A stretch of DNA of 64,000 nt from Thermodesulfobacteriota bacterium (lineage in GTDB: Bacteria; Desulfobacterota; Desulfobaccia; Desulfobaccales; 0-14-0-80-60-11), in NCBI GenBank assembly GCA_049322355.1, contig JBMORG010000011.1, forward strand, positions 186,597-250,596, read 5' to 3'. Made by a program: the position numbers and the translations under genes. The notes below the pieces were generated by a model. It was not told the DNA's origin and made no database searches. It saw only the letters and a program-made list of their open reading frames with translations. The number at the start of each line of letters is the position of its first letter. Within the stretch, counting starts at the first letter, position 1. Of this stretch, positions 48,324 to 58,149 are shown one piece after another.

Positions 48324-48346
48324 AAGGGGGGCGTTATGCCCCCCTT
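48324..48346 (+). terminator. Hairpin terminator after atpE
   Basis: Perfect 9-bp stem AAGGGGGGC-GTTAT-GCCCCCCTT. Confidence 0.7.
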
Positions 48347-48424
48347 AATTTCAAGTATTTTGTGCTATTTTGTACAAAGTCAGATGGAACTGACACTCAT
48401 AGTGATTGATCGATGCGCTCGGCA

Positions 48425-49060
48425 ATGAAATTTTCCAAAATCCCCACCGCCACAATCACCCGTTTGTCCATTTACTCCAGATATCTTGAGAACTTGTCTC
48501 AAGAAGGGGTGAAGATCATCGCCTCGGACAAATTGGCCCAAAAATGCGGCATTAACCCGGCCCAGATCCGCAAGGACTTGGCGTATTTCGGGGAGTTCGG
48601 CATCCGGGGGGTGGGTTATTTTGTCAAGGAATTGCTCTTCGAAATCAAACGCATCCTGGGCCTCAACAAGACCTGGAAGATGGCCTTGGTGGGGATCGGG
48701 AATCTGGGCTCGGCGCTCCTGGCCCATCAGAATTTTATCCGGCAAGGCTACGAATTCGTGGCGGTTTTTGACATCGACCCGGCCAAAGTGGGACGCCGGG
48801 TGCCCAGCGGCCAGATCATTTATTCCGTGGACGATTTGGAACAGGTGGTCAAGGACAAGGGCGTAGAGATCGGCGTCATTGCCACCCCGGCCGCCAAGGC
48901 CCAAATGGCGGCACTGCGTCTGACTGCCGCGGGCGTCAAAGCCATCCTTAATTTTGCTCCCATCCAATTGCAAGTACCCGAAGGCATGGCGGTGGAAAAT
49001 GTGGACTTCACCGTCAAGCTGGACAATCTGGCCTATAACCTCACCATGGGCGAAGGCTAA
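48425..49060 (+). CDS. rex: Redox-sensing transcriptional repressor Rex
   Basis: IPTATITRLSIY, QIRKDLAYFGEFGIRGVGY, VGIGNLG, ILNFAP. Confidence 0.96.
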   Translation: MKFSKIPTATITRLSIYSRYLENLSQEGVKIIASDKLAQKCGINPAQIRKDLAYFGEFGIRGVGYFVKELLFEIKRILGLNKTWKMALVGIGNLGSALLAHQNFIRQGYEFVAVFDIDPAKVGRRVPSGQIIYSVDDLEQVVKDKGVEIGVIATPAAKAQMAALRLTAAGVKAILNFAPIQLQVPEGMAVENVDFTVKLDNLAYNLTMGEG

Positions 49061-49197
49061 AGACTGTTTCCGGTTTTCGGTTTTCGGTTTAAAAAATTAA
49101 AAAAATCTAGGCCGGTTTGGAAAAATGCTCTTGTGACTACGGCATTATCCCACGGTTCTTCAGGAAATTTGCGATTGTGAGAGTCGTCATTCAGATA

Positions 49198-49369
49198 TAT
49201 AGCGTTTGCCGAAAGTTGTCGCTGAGTTATCCGGTTTGATTTGTCATTCTGAGCGCAGCGAAGAATCTGGCTTTTTTGAGATTCTTCGGTCGCTTCGCTT
49301 TCTCAGAACGACAATCATAGGTAGCTCGTAAGACTCTCGAATAGGAAAAAACTTTTGGCAATTTCTATA
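49198..49369. mobile_element. TIR-X MITE, intact reference copy
   Basis: TATAGCGTTTGCCGAAAGTT ... AACTTTTGGCAATTTCTATA; GTCATTCTGAGCGCAGCGAAGAATCT hairpin cargo. Confidence 0.75.
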
Positions 49370-49429
49370 AAGCCAGGGGACAGACCCGAAGGCCTGCCCC
49401 TTGCCGTTTCCCTGGACCCTTCCAGGCCG

Positions 49430-49561
49430 TTAATCTTCTTTGCCGGGCTTTTTGGTATTGAGCGCCACCCAAACGCTCGCCACCATCAACAACAGACCAT
49501 ATAAAGAGCAACCCCAAGGGCTGAGCTGTCCGAAGTAGCCGATTTCCGCAAGAAATTCCAT
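49430..49561 (-). CDS. Candidate 43-aa single-pass membrane protein (below the ORF-track cut-off)
   Basis: MEFLAEIGYFGQLSPWGCSLYGLLLMVASVWVALNTKKPGKED; TTGCTT-16-TACAAT upstream (49605-49632). Confidence 0.45.
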   Translation of the reverse strand: MEFLAEIGYFGQLSPWGCSLYGLLLMVASVWVALNTKKPGKED

Positions 49562-49698
49562 TGTCTTGTCCACTCAACTTTCTGGAAAAAGATTTGTTAA
49601 TATAATTGTATCTTGCAAAATTGGAAAAGCAAAGGTTATTTCATCATTTTTAATTATACAATAATGTAAAATTGATTATCTGCCGAATGCCAGGAAAT

Positions 49699-52512
49699 TT
49701 AATGCAGCAACTCCCGCAAAAACCGGCCGGTGTGGGATTCGGGGTGGCGGGCCACATCTTCCGGGGGGCCTGCGGCCACGAGTTGGCCGCCGCCGTCGCC
49801 GCCCTCAGGGCCCAGGTCGATGAGGTAGTCCGCGGTCTTGATGACTTCCAGGTTGTGCTCGATGACGATAACCGTGTTACCTTCATTCACCAGGCGGTTG
49901 AGCACCTGGAGCAATTTTTCGATGTCCGCCAGGTGCAGCCCGGTGGTGGGTTCATCCAATATGTAAAGGGTGCGGCCGGTGGCCCGCTTGCTCAGCTCCC
50001 GGGAGAGCTTGAGGCGCTGGGCCTCCCCACCCGATAGAGTGGTTGCCGACTGCCCCAGCTGCACGTAGCCCAGACCTACGTCCGCCAGGGTTTGCAGCCG
50101 GTCCCGGAGGGCCGGAATCGGCCCGAAAAACTCCAGGGCCTGGTCCACCGTCATTTCCAGAACCTCGGCGATATTTTTGCCCTTGTAGCGAATCTCCAGG
50201 CTGGAGGCATTGTAGCGCAGGCCCCGGCAAACCTCGCAGCGCACATAGACGTCGGGCAAAAAGTGCATCTCGATCTTGTTGATCCCCTCCCCCCGGCAGG
50301 CCTCGCAACGCCCCCCCTTAACATTGAAACTGAAGCGCCCGGGCTTATAGCCCCTGAGGCGCGCTTCGGGCACCTGGGAAAAGAGCTCCCGGACTATGGT
50401 GAACAGCCCGGAATAAGTGGCGGGATTGGACCGGGGGGTACGGCCGATGGGACTCTGGTCGATGTTGATCACTTTGTCCAGGGCTTCCAGGCCGACAATC
50501 TGGTCATAGGGCGCGGCGGAAATCTTGGCCTGGTAAAGCTTCTGGCGCAGGGCCAGGTAGAGGGTATCCATAATCAAGGTGCTCTTACCGGACCCGGACA
50601 CTCCGGTGACGCAACTCAGCACTCCCAAGGGGATATCCACCTCCAAACCTCTAAGGTTGTGGCCCCGGGCGCCCACCAGACGCAGAAACCCCTGGGGCCG
50701 GCGCCGGCCCCGGGGCAGATGGATTTCCCGCCGCCCCGACAGGAAGAGCCCGGTGAGTGAGCGGGTATGGTGCAACAGTTCCTGGGGAGTGCCGTCGAAG
50801 ACCACTCGCCCCCCTTCCCTTCCGGCGCCCGGTCCCATGTCCACCACAAAATCGGCCTGGCGGATGGTTTCGGGATCGTGCTCCACCACGATCACAGTGT
50901 TGCCCAGGTCCCGGAGGGCCTTCAGGGTGTGAAGGAGTTTCTGGGTATCCCGGGGATGGAGGCCGATGCTGGGTTCATCCAGGATATAGAGGACCCCGGA
51001 GAGCTTGGAACCGATCTGGGTGGCCAGGCGGATGCGTTGGGCCTCGCCTCCGGCCAGGGTGGCGGTGGCCCGGTCCAGGCTGAGATAATCCAGTCCCACC
51101 TCAGATAAGAACCCCAACCGCTCGGTGATTTCCTTTAAGATGCGCCGGGCGATCTCCGCCTGGCGGGGAGACAGTTCCAGACCGCCGAACCAGGAGATAG
51201 CCCGGGTCACCGTAAATCCGGTCACCTCACTGATGTTGGCCCCGTCGATCTTCACCGCCAGGGCCTCCCGGCGCAACCTGGCCCCGCCGCAGTCGGGGCA
51301 GGGTTTAAAGCTCATGAACTGCTCGATATCCTCCCGCACCGCGGCAGAGTCAGTCTCGTCATAACGTTCCTTGAGGAGAGGAATCACCCCGGGAAAAGCC
51401 CGGGGGCTGTAAAAGCGGCGGCCGCCCTGCTCGTAGAAAAAATTAATGGGATGAGCGTTGGAGCCAAAGAGCAAAGCCTCCTGTACCTCCTTGGGCAGGT
51501 CCCCAAAAGGCGTATGAATGGAGAAGTGGTAGTGCTGCTCCAGAGCTTCCAGCATCTGCTGGTGCCGGAGGGAATGGCGGTGGGCCCAGGGCCGCACTGC
51601 CCCTTCCCGCAAACTTAAAGCAGGGTTGGGGACTACCAGATCAGGGTCGATGACCAGGCGGCTGCCCAGGCCGCTGCAGGCCGGGCAAGCCCCTTGAGGG
51701 CTGTTGAAGGAAAACAGCCGAGGAGTGAGTTCGGGCAGCGATACGCCGCAGTGATCGCAGGCAAAGCGCTCTGAAAACAGCAGCTCTTCGCCGTCCACCA
51801 CCGCAATGCGCACCACGCCGTCCGCCAGCTTCAGCGCCAGTTCCAGGGAGTCGGTGAGCCGGGCCCCCAGGTCCGGCTTGATTACCAGCCGGTCCACCAC
51901 CGCTTCGATGGTATTCCGCTTGTTCTTATCCAGAACGGGAATCTCTTCCAGCTCCATCACTTCGCCGTTAAGGCGGATGCGGCTGTAGCCCTCGCTGCGC
52001 AGCCTCTCCAGGAGCTTTTGATGTTCCCCTTTGCGATTCACCACCACCGGCGCCAAAATCGTGATGCGGCTGCCTTGGGGCAAACCCATGATCTGGTCCA
52101 CCATCTGGGGGACACTCAAAGACGAGATGGGCCGTCCGCACTGGAAGCAGAAGGGGGTGCCAATCCGGGCGAACAGGACCCGGAGGTAATCGTAGATTTC
52201 AGTGGAGGTGGCCACGGTGGAGCGGGGGTTTTTGGAGGCCGTGCGCTGTTCAATAGCTATGGACGGAGACAGCCCTTCGATATACTCCACATCGGGCTTG
52301 TCCATCAATTCCAGGAATTGCCGGGCGTAGGCCGACAGAGATTCCACATAACGGCGCTGCCCCTCGGCGTAGAGGATGTCGAAGGCCAGGGTGGACTTCC
52401 CGGAACCGCTCACCCCGGTAATCACGATAAACTGGTTGCGGGGCAGTTCCAGATCGATGTTCTTGAGGTTATGTTCCCGGGCGCCCCGGATAATAATCTG
52501 GTGTACGGGCAT
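49699..52512 (-). CDS. uvrA: Excinuclease ABC subunit A
   Basis: GAREHNLKN, two GVSGSGKS Walker A motifs, Zn fingers, [20 protein letters not shown]. Confidence 0.98.
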   Translation of the reverse strand: MPVHQIIIRGAREHNLKNIDLELPRNQFIVITGVSGSGKSTLAFDILYAEGQRRYVESLSAYARQFLELMDKPDVEYIEGLSPSIAIEQRTASKNPRSTVATSTEIYDYLRVLFARIGTPFCFQCGRPISSLSVPQMVDQIMGLPQGSRITILAPVVVNRKGEHQKLLERLRSEGYSRIRLNGEVMELEEIPVLDKNKRNTIEAVVDRLVIKPDLGARLTDSLELALKLADGVVRIAVVDGEELLFSERFACDHCGVSLPELTPRLFSFNSPQGACPACSGLGSRLVIDPDLVVPNPALSLREGAVRPWAHRHSLRHQQMLEALEQHYHFSIHTPFGDLPKEVQEALLFGSNAHPINFFYEQGGRRFYSPRAFPGVIPLLKERYDETDSAAVREDIEQFMSFKPCPDCGGARLRREALAVKIDGANISEVTGFTVTRAISWFGGLELSPRQAEIARRILKEITERLGFLSEVGLDYLSLDRATATLAGGEAQRIRLATQIGSKLSGVLYILDEPSIGLHPRDTQKLLHTLKALRDLGNTVIVVEHDPETIRQADFVVDMGPGAGREGGRVVFDGTPQELLHHTRSLTGLFLSGRREIHLPRGRRRPQGFLRLVGARGHNLRGLEVDIPLGVLSCVTGVSGSGKSTLIMDTLYLALRQKLYQAKISAAPYDQIVGLEALDKVINIDQSPIGRTPRSNPATYSGLFTIVRELFSQVPEARLRGYKPGRFSFNVKGGRCEACRGEGINKIEMHFLPDVYVRCEVCRGLRYNASSLEIRYKGKNIAEVLEMTVDQALEFFGPIPALRDRLQTLADVGLGYVQLGQSATTLSGGEAQRLKLSRELSKRATGRTLYILDEPTTGLHLADIEKLLQVLNRLVNEGNTVIVIEHNLEVIKTADYLIDLGPEGGDGGGQLVAAGPPEDVARHPESHTGRFLRELLH

Positions 52513-52547
52513 TACTTACTTATCTGCAGAGAGCCGGAGCAGAATAA

Positions 52548-52811
52548 TCAGGCGGTAGCCTTGACGGTGGAATCGGTTTTGGGTTGCCGGGCAGCGGGCT
52601 CTTTCTGCTTGGGTTTGCGACCCCGCTTTTTCTTAACTTCATAAGGCACAAATTTGATTCCCTGGGCGCGGCCCGCCCCCCCTGGCCACAACAGCGGGCC
52701 ATTGCCAAAATGACGGGCAATTTCGGCCAGGGTCCAATCCAGATATTTGGATGGTATTATAGTTACTTCTAATTTCAGCCCCATTTCGGGACGGTCTTTG
52801 CCTCTGGACAT
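52548..52811 (-). CDS. Small basic hypothetical protein upstream of uvrA
   Basis: AAGGA RBS; 87 aa with a Lys/Arg-rich tail. Confidence 0.55.
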   Translation of the reverse strand: MSRGKDRPEMGLKLEVTIIPSKYLDWTLAEIARHFGNGPLLWPGGAGRAQGIKFVPYEVKKKRGRKPKQKEPAARQPKTDSTVKATA

Positions 52812-53142
52812 TTATCATTCCTTGCTAATAAAAGGTTAATCCCGGCTCAGGGAAACAACCTGAGCCACAAATATTAATTTTATCCGCTTTCCTTACCGAG
52901 TGCCATAAATTTTATACCGTAGGGTATACAAAGCGATTCCCAAAGTCCTTTACTTCTTATTCTCCCAGGCCTTATGAAGGGAGTCCGGGTGACGGGTCAA
53001 AAAAACCTTCGGCATTAAATGGCCATTGGTTGGGGCTGGCATCAATCCAGCATGACTCAGCCTGAAGGTGACGGGTGCAATGGTTGGGCCGAGGTCTGGA
53101 AACTTCGAGGATTAACTTACGGGCGCAACTTGGAGGAAACGG

Positions 53143-53883
53143 TCAAATCACCAAGCCGTTGCCGGGATTGGCTTTAAGGGTACCGGCCAGGGCATAGCGC
53201 ACCCGGTTGGCCTTCTCACCATTGTGCACCAGAATTCCTTCCTGAAGCAAAAGGTTTAAATAGGCCCAAGCGGTTTTCTTGTTCACCTGAAACCGGGCCT
53301 CAAAGTCCAACAGACGAAACCAGCGGCCCTCGGTCTCCTGGAGAAAGTCCCACAAAGTCTCAGGAGTGAGCTTGCGCCGACCTTTCTCGGGCAAACCGAT
53401 CTTCCCCAGGGCCTGGCGCAAGGCGTCGGTCTTGACCAGTTCCTGTTTTGGCCGAAGTCGGCTGGCCTCAACCAGATTCGGCTTGCCCCCGATCCAGTCC
53501 TGTTTGGCGAAATAGAAACCCACCTCTTCCTCAATGAGGTTGAGAAGTCGGTAAAACTGGGACAAGGTAATCTGCCCCGCCAACTGATTGACCAGATAAT
53601 CTTTGGCCCGTTTACGCACAAAGGAGACCCGCTCCTGGGCGCCGGCCGGCAAACGGGAGGCTTCCAGCATCACCTGGAAAAACATGCCCGCTACCAGGGT
53701 GGTATCAAGTCCGCGCCCCGGTGGCGGCAAAACAGGAGAACTTTCCGATACCCCCAGGGTCCCGACATCCAAGGCCCAATCGGCAAAATCGTCTTCAAAA
53801 TCCTCGACTTTGCTCGGTGAAAACAGTTCCAATACCGGAGGCGTGAGAGTGCGGACTAAAGTAAGGATGGCGTCGCGGTCCAT
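53143..53883 (-). CDS. Hypothetical protein with a C-terminal winged helix-turn-helix
   Basis: AAGGAGG RBS before ATG 53883; FRLLDFEARFQVNKKTAWAYLNLLLQEGIL..G..RVRY. Confidence 0.7.
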   Translation of the reverse strand: MDRDAILTLVRTLTPPVLELFSPSKVEDFEDDFADWALDVGTLGVSESSPVLPPPGRGLDTTLVAGMFFQVMLEASRLPAGAQERVSFVRKRAKDYLVNQLAGQITLSQFYRLLNLIEEEVGFYFAKQDWIGGKPNLVEASRLRPKQELVKTDALRQALGKIGLPEKGRRKLTPETLWDFLQETEGRWFRLLDFEARFQVNKKTAWAYLNLLLQEGILVHNGEKANRVRYALAGTLKANPGNGLVI

Positions 53884-54200
53884 GCCTAAGCCCTCCTTGG
53901 CTCTGGCATGATTATAAGGGATCAAGTGCCTGAGAGCAATGTTATAATAACTAAAATATTTCTCTAAATTATCAAAAGATTATCCAAGTGGGGGTGCAAC
54001 TGTCTTAAATCATCTTATCCTATCTCTAACATCATTTATACATTTTTGGATTTTCATTACAATATAAAGTTCCCGCGAAAATCCTGTCTCTTCACCTTTC
54101 TTGCCATTCTGAGATTGATAACGAAGCCACCAAAGAACCCGCAATTAGGAGATAGTTTTCGAAGCGCAGCATGACATTTCGCAGGAGTTTTGCCAAGATA

Positions 54201-55364
54201 TTAATAACTTATATAATAATAGTCTATAAAGTCAAAAACCATAGCCTGCGTTGGGCTGGTGCCATAGCGAGTCCGATTCCAGTTAATTTTTTCATTGGTA
54301 TATGACAACCCCCACCCAAAATTAAGTAGGACATCACCATTATTCCAATATCCCCTGCCAACCGTGGAGTGACCGCCTGCACTCCACAATATATCTACTA
54401 TCACTGGTCGCCCCGCATCCAGGGCGGCTTTGTAGGCGTTCCAGCCGCCAGAACGATTCCAATAGACATCTCCGTAATAGTAGGTAAATCCCTCCGAATA
54501 CAAGCTGCTAATAGCATATCCCTGGTCCTTAGTATAGTCTAGTAAACCCGGCCCGATTTTATTGGAATATGTGCCAATGTTAGGCAAATATCCCATATCA
54601 TATGCCAGAGTGGCAATAAATGATACATAAGAATCTGGGTTATCCTGACAATATCCGGGGCAATCCAGCCAGTTATTTTGCCAATCAGGAATAATAAGGT
54701 TGGAGTAGCCCGACTTGTCCCAATAGGAAAGCAGGATTGCCCCGGCTACTTGGGAACAGGAACCGCAGTAATCGCTGGGTTGAGTCCAATAAGGTAAATC
54801 CGTTATATAGACTGATAAAAAGTCCGCTTGCTTTTTTGTGCTGAAACTATAAACCGTATCGCCATTGCCATAATACGGGTCGCTAGATGGTACTGAAGGA
54901 TCATACACATATCCCAATTCCACTTCATGTGGCCTATTACTAACAAAAAGATAACTAAAGGTAGCATTGTTTAGGCCTGTGCTGAAAATATAACTACTTT
55001 TTCCACTACTGTCCATATCAAAATAGCCTGTTATATACTCTTGCTTATCGTAAGAGGAGCTAAAACCGTTAGTAATACCAGTGATGTAATAATGACCGCC
55101 TAAAGCCTCCCCTCCCATTTCATCAGGATGGTAATAAATACTTGAGCCTACATTTATAAATGGTCCGGAAGTCTGAAAGTCAGTTGGAGCATAAAGAAAG
55201 CCCGTGTAGTAGTCGCCATGGTTATCGGTATAGAAATATTTAAAATCATATCGACTGAAAAGACCTTCGGCAGGCTGGGCATTATTAGCATTGCTTAAAA
55301 CCGTAATCAACAGCAATAGCCATAATGCAGCCAGACCTCGCAAATCTTTGGTGGAGATTTTCAT
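54201..55364 (-). CDS. Secreted papain-like cysteine peptidase (C10/C39-like) with an N-terminal Tyr-rich module
   Basis: GGAGG RBS, signal peptide, RYDFKYFY..GDYYTGFLYAPTDF; Q..CSQVAGAILLSYW, GGHSTV.RGY, NFGWG; AT-rich. Confidence 0.75.
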   Translation of the reverse strand: MKISTKDLRGLAALWLLLLITVLSNANNAQPAEGLFSRYDFKYFYTDNHGDYYTGFLYAPTDFQTSGPFINVGSSIYYHPDEMGGEALGGHYYITGITNGFSSSYDKQEYITGYFDMDSSGKSSYIFSTGLNNATFSYLFVSNRPHEVELGYVYDPSVPSSDPYYGNGDTVYSFSTKKQADFLSVYITDLPYWTQPSDYCGSCSQVAGAILLSYWDKSGYSNLIIPDWQNNWLDCPGYCQDNPDSYVSFIATLAYDMGYLPNIGTYSNKIGPGLLDYTKDQGYAISSLYSEGFTYYYGDVYWNRSGGWNAYKAALDAGRPVIVDILWSAGGHSTVGRGYWNNGDVLLNFGWGLSYTNEKINWNRTRYGTSPTQAMVFDFIDYYYISY

Positions 55365-55504
55365 AATTCGCCCTCCATGGCGGTAATTCTCAATCCATAA
55401 GTCCGAGTGCCAGAAGTTGCTAACGGCGCGGTTTTCCAGAGAATACTCACGATGCCGGACCTCAACCCCGTTATTTCAGTTATCGTCTCCTTTTTTTCGT
55501 ATCT

Positions 55505-55781
55505 TTAATTTCCCGGCCAATTCCTGTGGGTCTCTGATGGCCGGCAGGCAGGTGAAATCCCGGCAGTGCTACGCCTCCGGTTCCTGTTCTGGCTGGATAA
55601 AGGCGTCAATCCAGGGGAAGAGTTCTTCCTGAGCGGCGCAGTTGCCTGGCTTTCATAACCAGACGCCACTCCGGGTAGCTGGCATACGCCCCCCTGAAGC
55701 AGTGCTAAGGTCCGGGAATTCGGAGGATCCCCCATTAAGGTGAAGTCTAAAGGCGGGGTGAGGGCAAGAACCTGGACGATT
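55505..55781 (-). pseudogene. Degenerate duplicate of the 3' ~280 bp of the neighbouring thioredoxin-domain gene
   Basis: Collinear with 55927-56207, with many substitutions and small indels. Confidence 0.85.
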
Positions 55782-55782
55782 T

Positions 55783-55869
55783 TATAGCGTTTGCCGAAAG
55801 TTGTTGCTGATTAGGTTTGTCATTCTGAGCGCAGCCAAGCATCTCGCTTTTTCGAAATTCTTCGGTCGC
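55783..55869. mobile_element. Truncated TIR-X MITE
   Basis: TATAGCGTTTGCCGAAAGTTG..GTCATTCTGAGCGCAGC..TTCTTCGGTCGC; right end missing. Confidence 0.7.
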
Positions 55870-55918
55870 AGAAATGAGTTAAGTTTCAAGGATTTTTCAC
55901 GTTATGGTCAACTTTTTT

Positions 55919-57982
55919 TCATTTTTTTAATTTCCTATTCAATTCCTGCGGGTCGCTGATGGCCGGCAGACAGGTGAAATCCCGGCAGAGGTACGCCACC
56001 GGTTCCTTTTCTGGCTGGATAAAAGCGTCAATCCAGGGGAAGAGTTTTTCCAGGACGGCGCGGTTGCCCGGCTCTTTCAGGACCAAACGTCGTTCCGGCA
56101 GGTAGCTGTCATACGCCGCCTGAAGCAGAGCCGAGGTTCGGGGGTTCTGGCGATCGCCCACCAGGGTGAGGTCCATAGGCGGGGTGAGGGCAAGGGCCTG
56201 GACTATCCAGAGATGGGAGAAGCCCCAAGGATTTTCCCGGGCATGCCCTTGGAACTGCCTGATAATCCCCTGAGCCCGCTCCTGATGCTTGCCGTCCTCG
56301 GTCAGGCGGAAAAGTCTGAAACTGACCCGGGCCGCCATGGAGTTGCCCGAAGGCAGTACATGGTCATAGAGGCTCTTGGAGCGTACCAGGGGAGTTTCCT
56401 GGTCCCGGTCCACATAAAAATAGGTGCCATCAGCCGGGTCCAGAAACTTTTCATCCATCAGGGTCATGAGGCGCAGGGACTCTCTTACCCAAGCAGGATC
56501 AAAATCAGTCTCGTACAGGTCTAAAAGGGCATTGGCCAGAAAGGCGTAATCCTCTGAGAAACCTGGGACGCTGATCCGGCCAGCAGTCCAGATGCGGTAG
56601 AGGCTGTTCTCCTGGAACATTTCCTGTAAGATGAAACGGGCCGCCCGGACCGCGGCTTCATAATAGCGCGACTCTCCCAGCACCTGAGCCCCCCGGGCCA
56701 GGGCCGTGATTGCCAGGCCGTTCCAGGAGACTATGACCTTTTCATCCCGGTGGGGGGGCACTCGCTTACCCCGAACTTGAAGTAGCCCATCCAAAGCCTC
56801 CTTTAGAATTCGCCCTGCCTGGTCCGGTTCCATGGAAAAGTGCACTGCCACTTCTTCCCGGGACAGACGCCGGGTCAAGATGTTGGCGCCTTCGAAATTA
56901 CCCTCTCGGGTGACCCCCAGGGCCGCAACCGCCAGGGGAGCGGCTTCGGGACCCAGAACCTGCTCCACTTCTTCTAGACTCCAGACATAGTATTTGCCTT
57001 CCACCCCTTCGCTGTCTGCATCCCAGGCCGCGTAAAAGCCGCCTTCGGGGGCCATCATATCACGCAGAAGGAAATCCAGGGTTTCCTGGGCTATGCGCCG
57101 GGACAGGGTGTGGCCGGTGAGTTGGCTGTGGGCCAGGTAGAGGGGTGGCAATAGAGCATTATCATAGAGCATCTTCTCAAAATGGGGTACAACCCAGGCC
57201 GCGTCCACGCTGTAGCGGTGGAAACCCCCACCCAGTTGATCATAAATGCCGCCCCGGGCCATCTTTTCCAAAGTGAAGGCCAATTTCTCCAAGACCTGGG
57301 GTTCCCCGGAGAAGTGATAATAGTGGAACAGAAAGTCCAACTCCAGGGACCGGGGAAACTTGGGGGCGTTGCCCAGGCCGCCGTTCACCGGGTCGAAGTC
57401 TTGCATCAAGCGGTGCGCCGCCGCCTCCAGGGTCTCTTTGGTGGGGTCGCCCCCGGCTCCCGCCGGCTCTCCCAGGCGCTGCAAATGGCTTTCCACTTTA
57501 AGGGAGAGTGTGGTCAACTGCTCCCGATTCTGCTGGTAGGCCTGGCTGAGGGCTAAGAGCAGGCGGGGAAATCCCGGCAGGCCGCCCCGGTCTTCTGGAG
57601 GAAAGTAAGTGCCGCCGTAAAAGGGCTTCAAATCCGGGCTGAGAAAGACACTGAGGGGCCAGCCACCGTGGCCGGTGAGCACCTGTACCGCGTTCATATA
57701 GGTCTCGTCCAAATCGGGGCGCTCTTCCCGATCCAGTTTGATGTTAACGAAATGCTGGTTCATGATGGCGGCAATGGCCGGATTCTCAAAAGACTCGTGA
57801 GCCATGACGTGGCACCAATGGCAGGTAGAATAACCGATGCTCAGGAAGATGGGCTTATCTTCCCGGCGGGCCCGCTCCAAAGCCTCCGGCCCCCAGGGGT
57901 ACCAATCCACCGGATTAAAAGCGTGCTGCTTTAGGTAGGGGCTGGTTGAATCGATAAGACGGTTGGGCTCTCTCTCTGACAT
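55919..57982 (-). CDS. YyaL/SPATA20-like thioredoxin-domain protein (DUF255)
   Basis: [56 protein letters not shown]. Confidence 0.93.
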   Translation of the reverse strand: MSEREPNRLIDSTSPYLKQHAFNPVDWYPWGPEALERARREDKPIFLSIGYSTCHWCHVMAHESFENPAIAAIMNQHFVNIKLDREERPDLDETYMNAVQVLTGHGGWPLSVFLSPDLKPFYGGTYFPPEDRGGLPGFPRLLLALSQAYQQNREQLTTLSLKVESHLQRLGEPAGAGGDPTKETLEAAAHRLMQDFDPVNGGLGNAPKFPRSLELDFLFHYYHFSGEPQVLEKLAFTLEKMARGGIYDQLGGGFHRYSVDAAWVVPHFEKMLYDNALLPPLYLAHSQLTGHTLSRRIAQETLDFLLRDMMAPEGGFYAAWDADSEGVEGKYYVWSLEEVEQVLGPEAAPLAVAALGVTREGNFEGANILTRRLSREEVAVHFSMEPDQAGRILKEALDGLLQVRGKRVPPHRDEKVIVSWNGLAITALARGAQVLGESRYYEAAVRAARFILQEMFQENSLYRIWTAGRISVPGFSEDYAFLANALLDLYETDFDPAWVRESLRLMTLMDEKFLDPADGTYFYVDRDQETPLVRSKSLYDHVLPSGNSMAARVSFRLFRLTEDGKHQERAQGIIRQFQGHARENPWGFSHLWIVQALALTPPMDLTLVGDRQNPRTSALLQAAYDSYLPERRLVLKEPGNRAVLEKLFPWIDAFIQPEKEPVAYLCRDFTCLPAISDPQELNRKLKK

Positions 57983-58149
57983 GGCAAATTCCTTTGCTGG
58001 AGTCATGGTCAAGCCTGGAACCGGCAGGACCGTTCAGACGCGACACCTGTAAAGATAATTACGCACCCCCCACTTGCAAGGATTCCTGGCTCCAATTCCG
58101 ACCACAGGGGCCGTCGGAGCCAAGAATCTTTGGAAATGCTGGGGGAGGG

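Noticed and set aside
55505-56207. Duplicated gene 3' end as a DGR TR/VR pair
   Set aside because: Mismatches involve all four bases and include indels; no RT or Avd gene nearby
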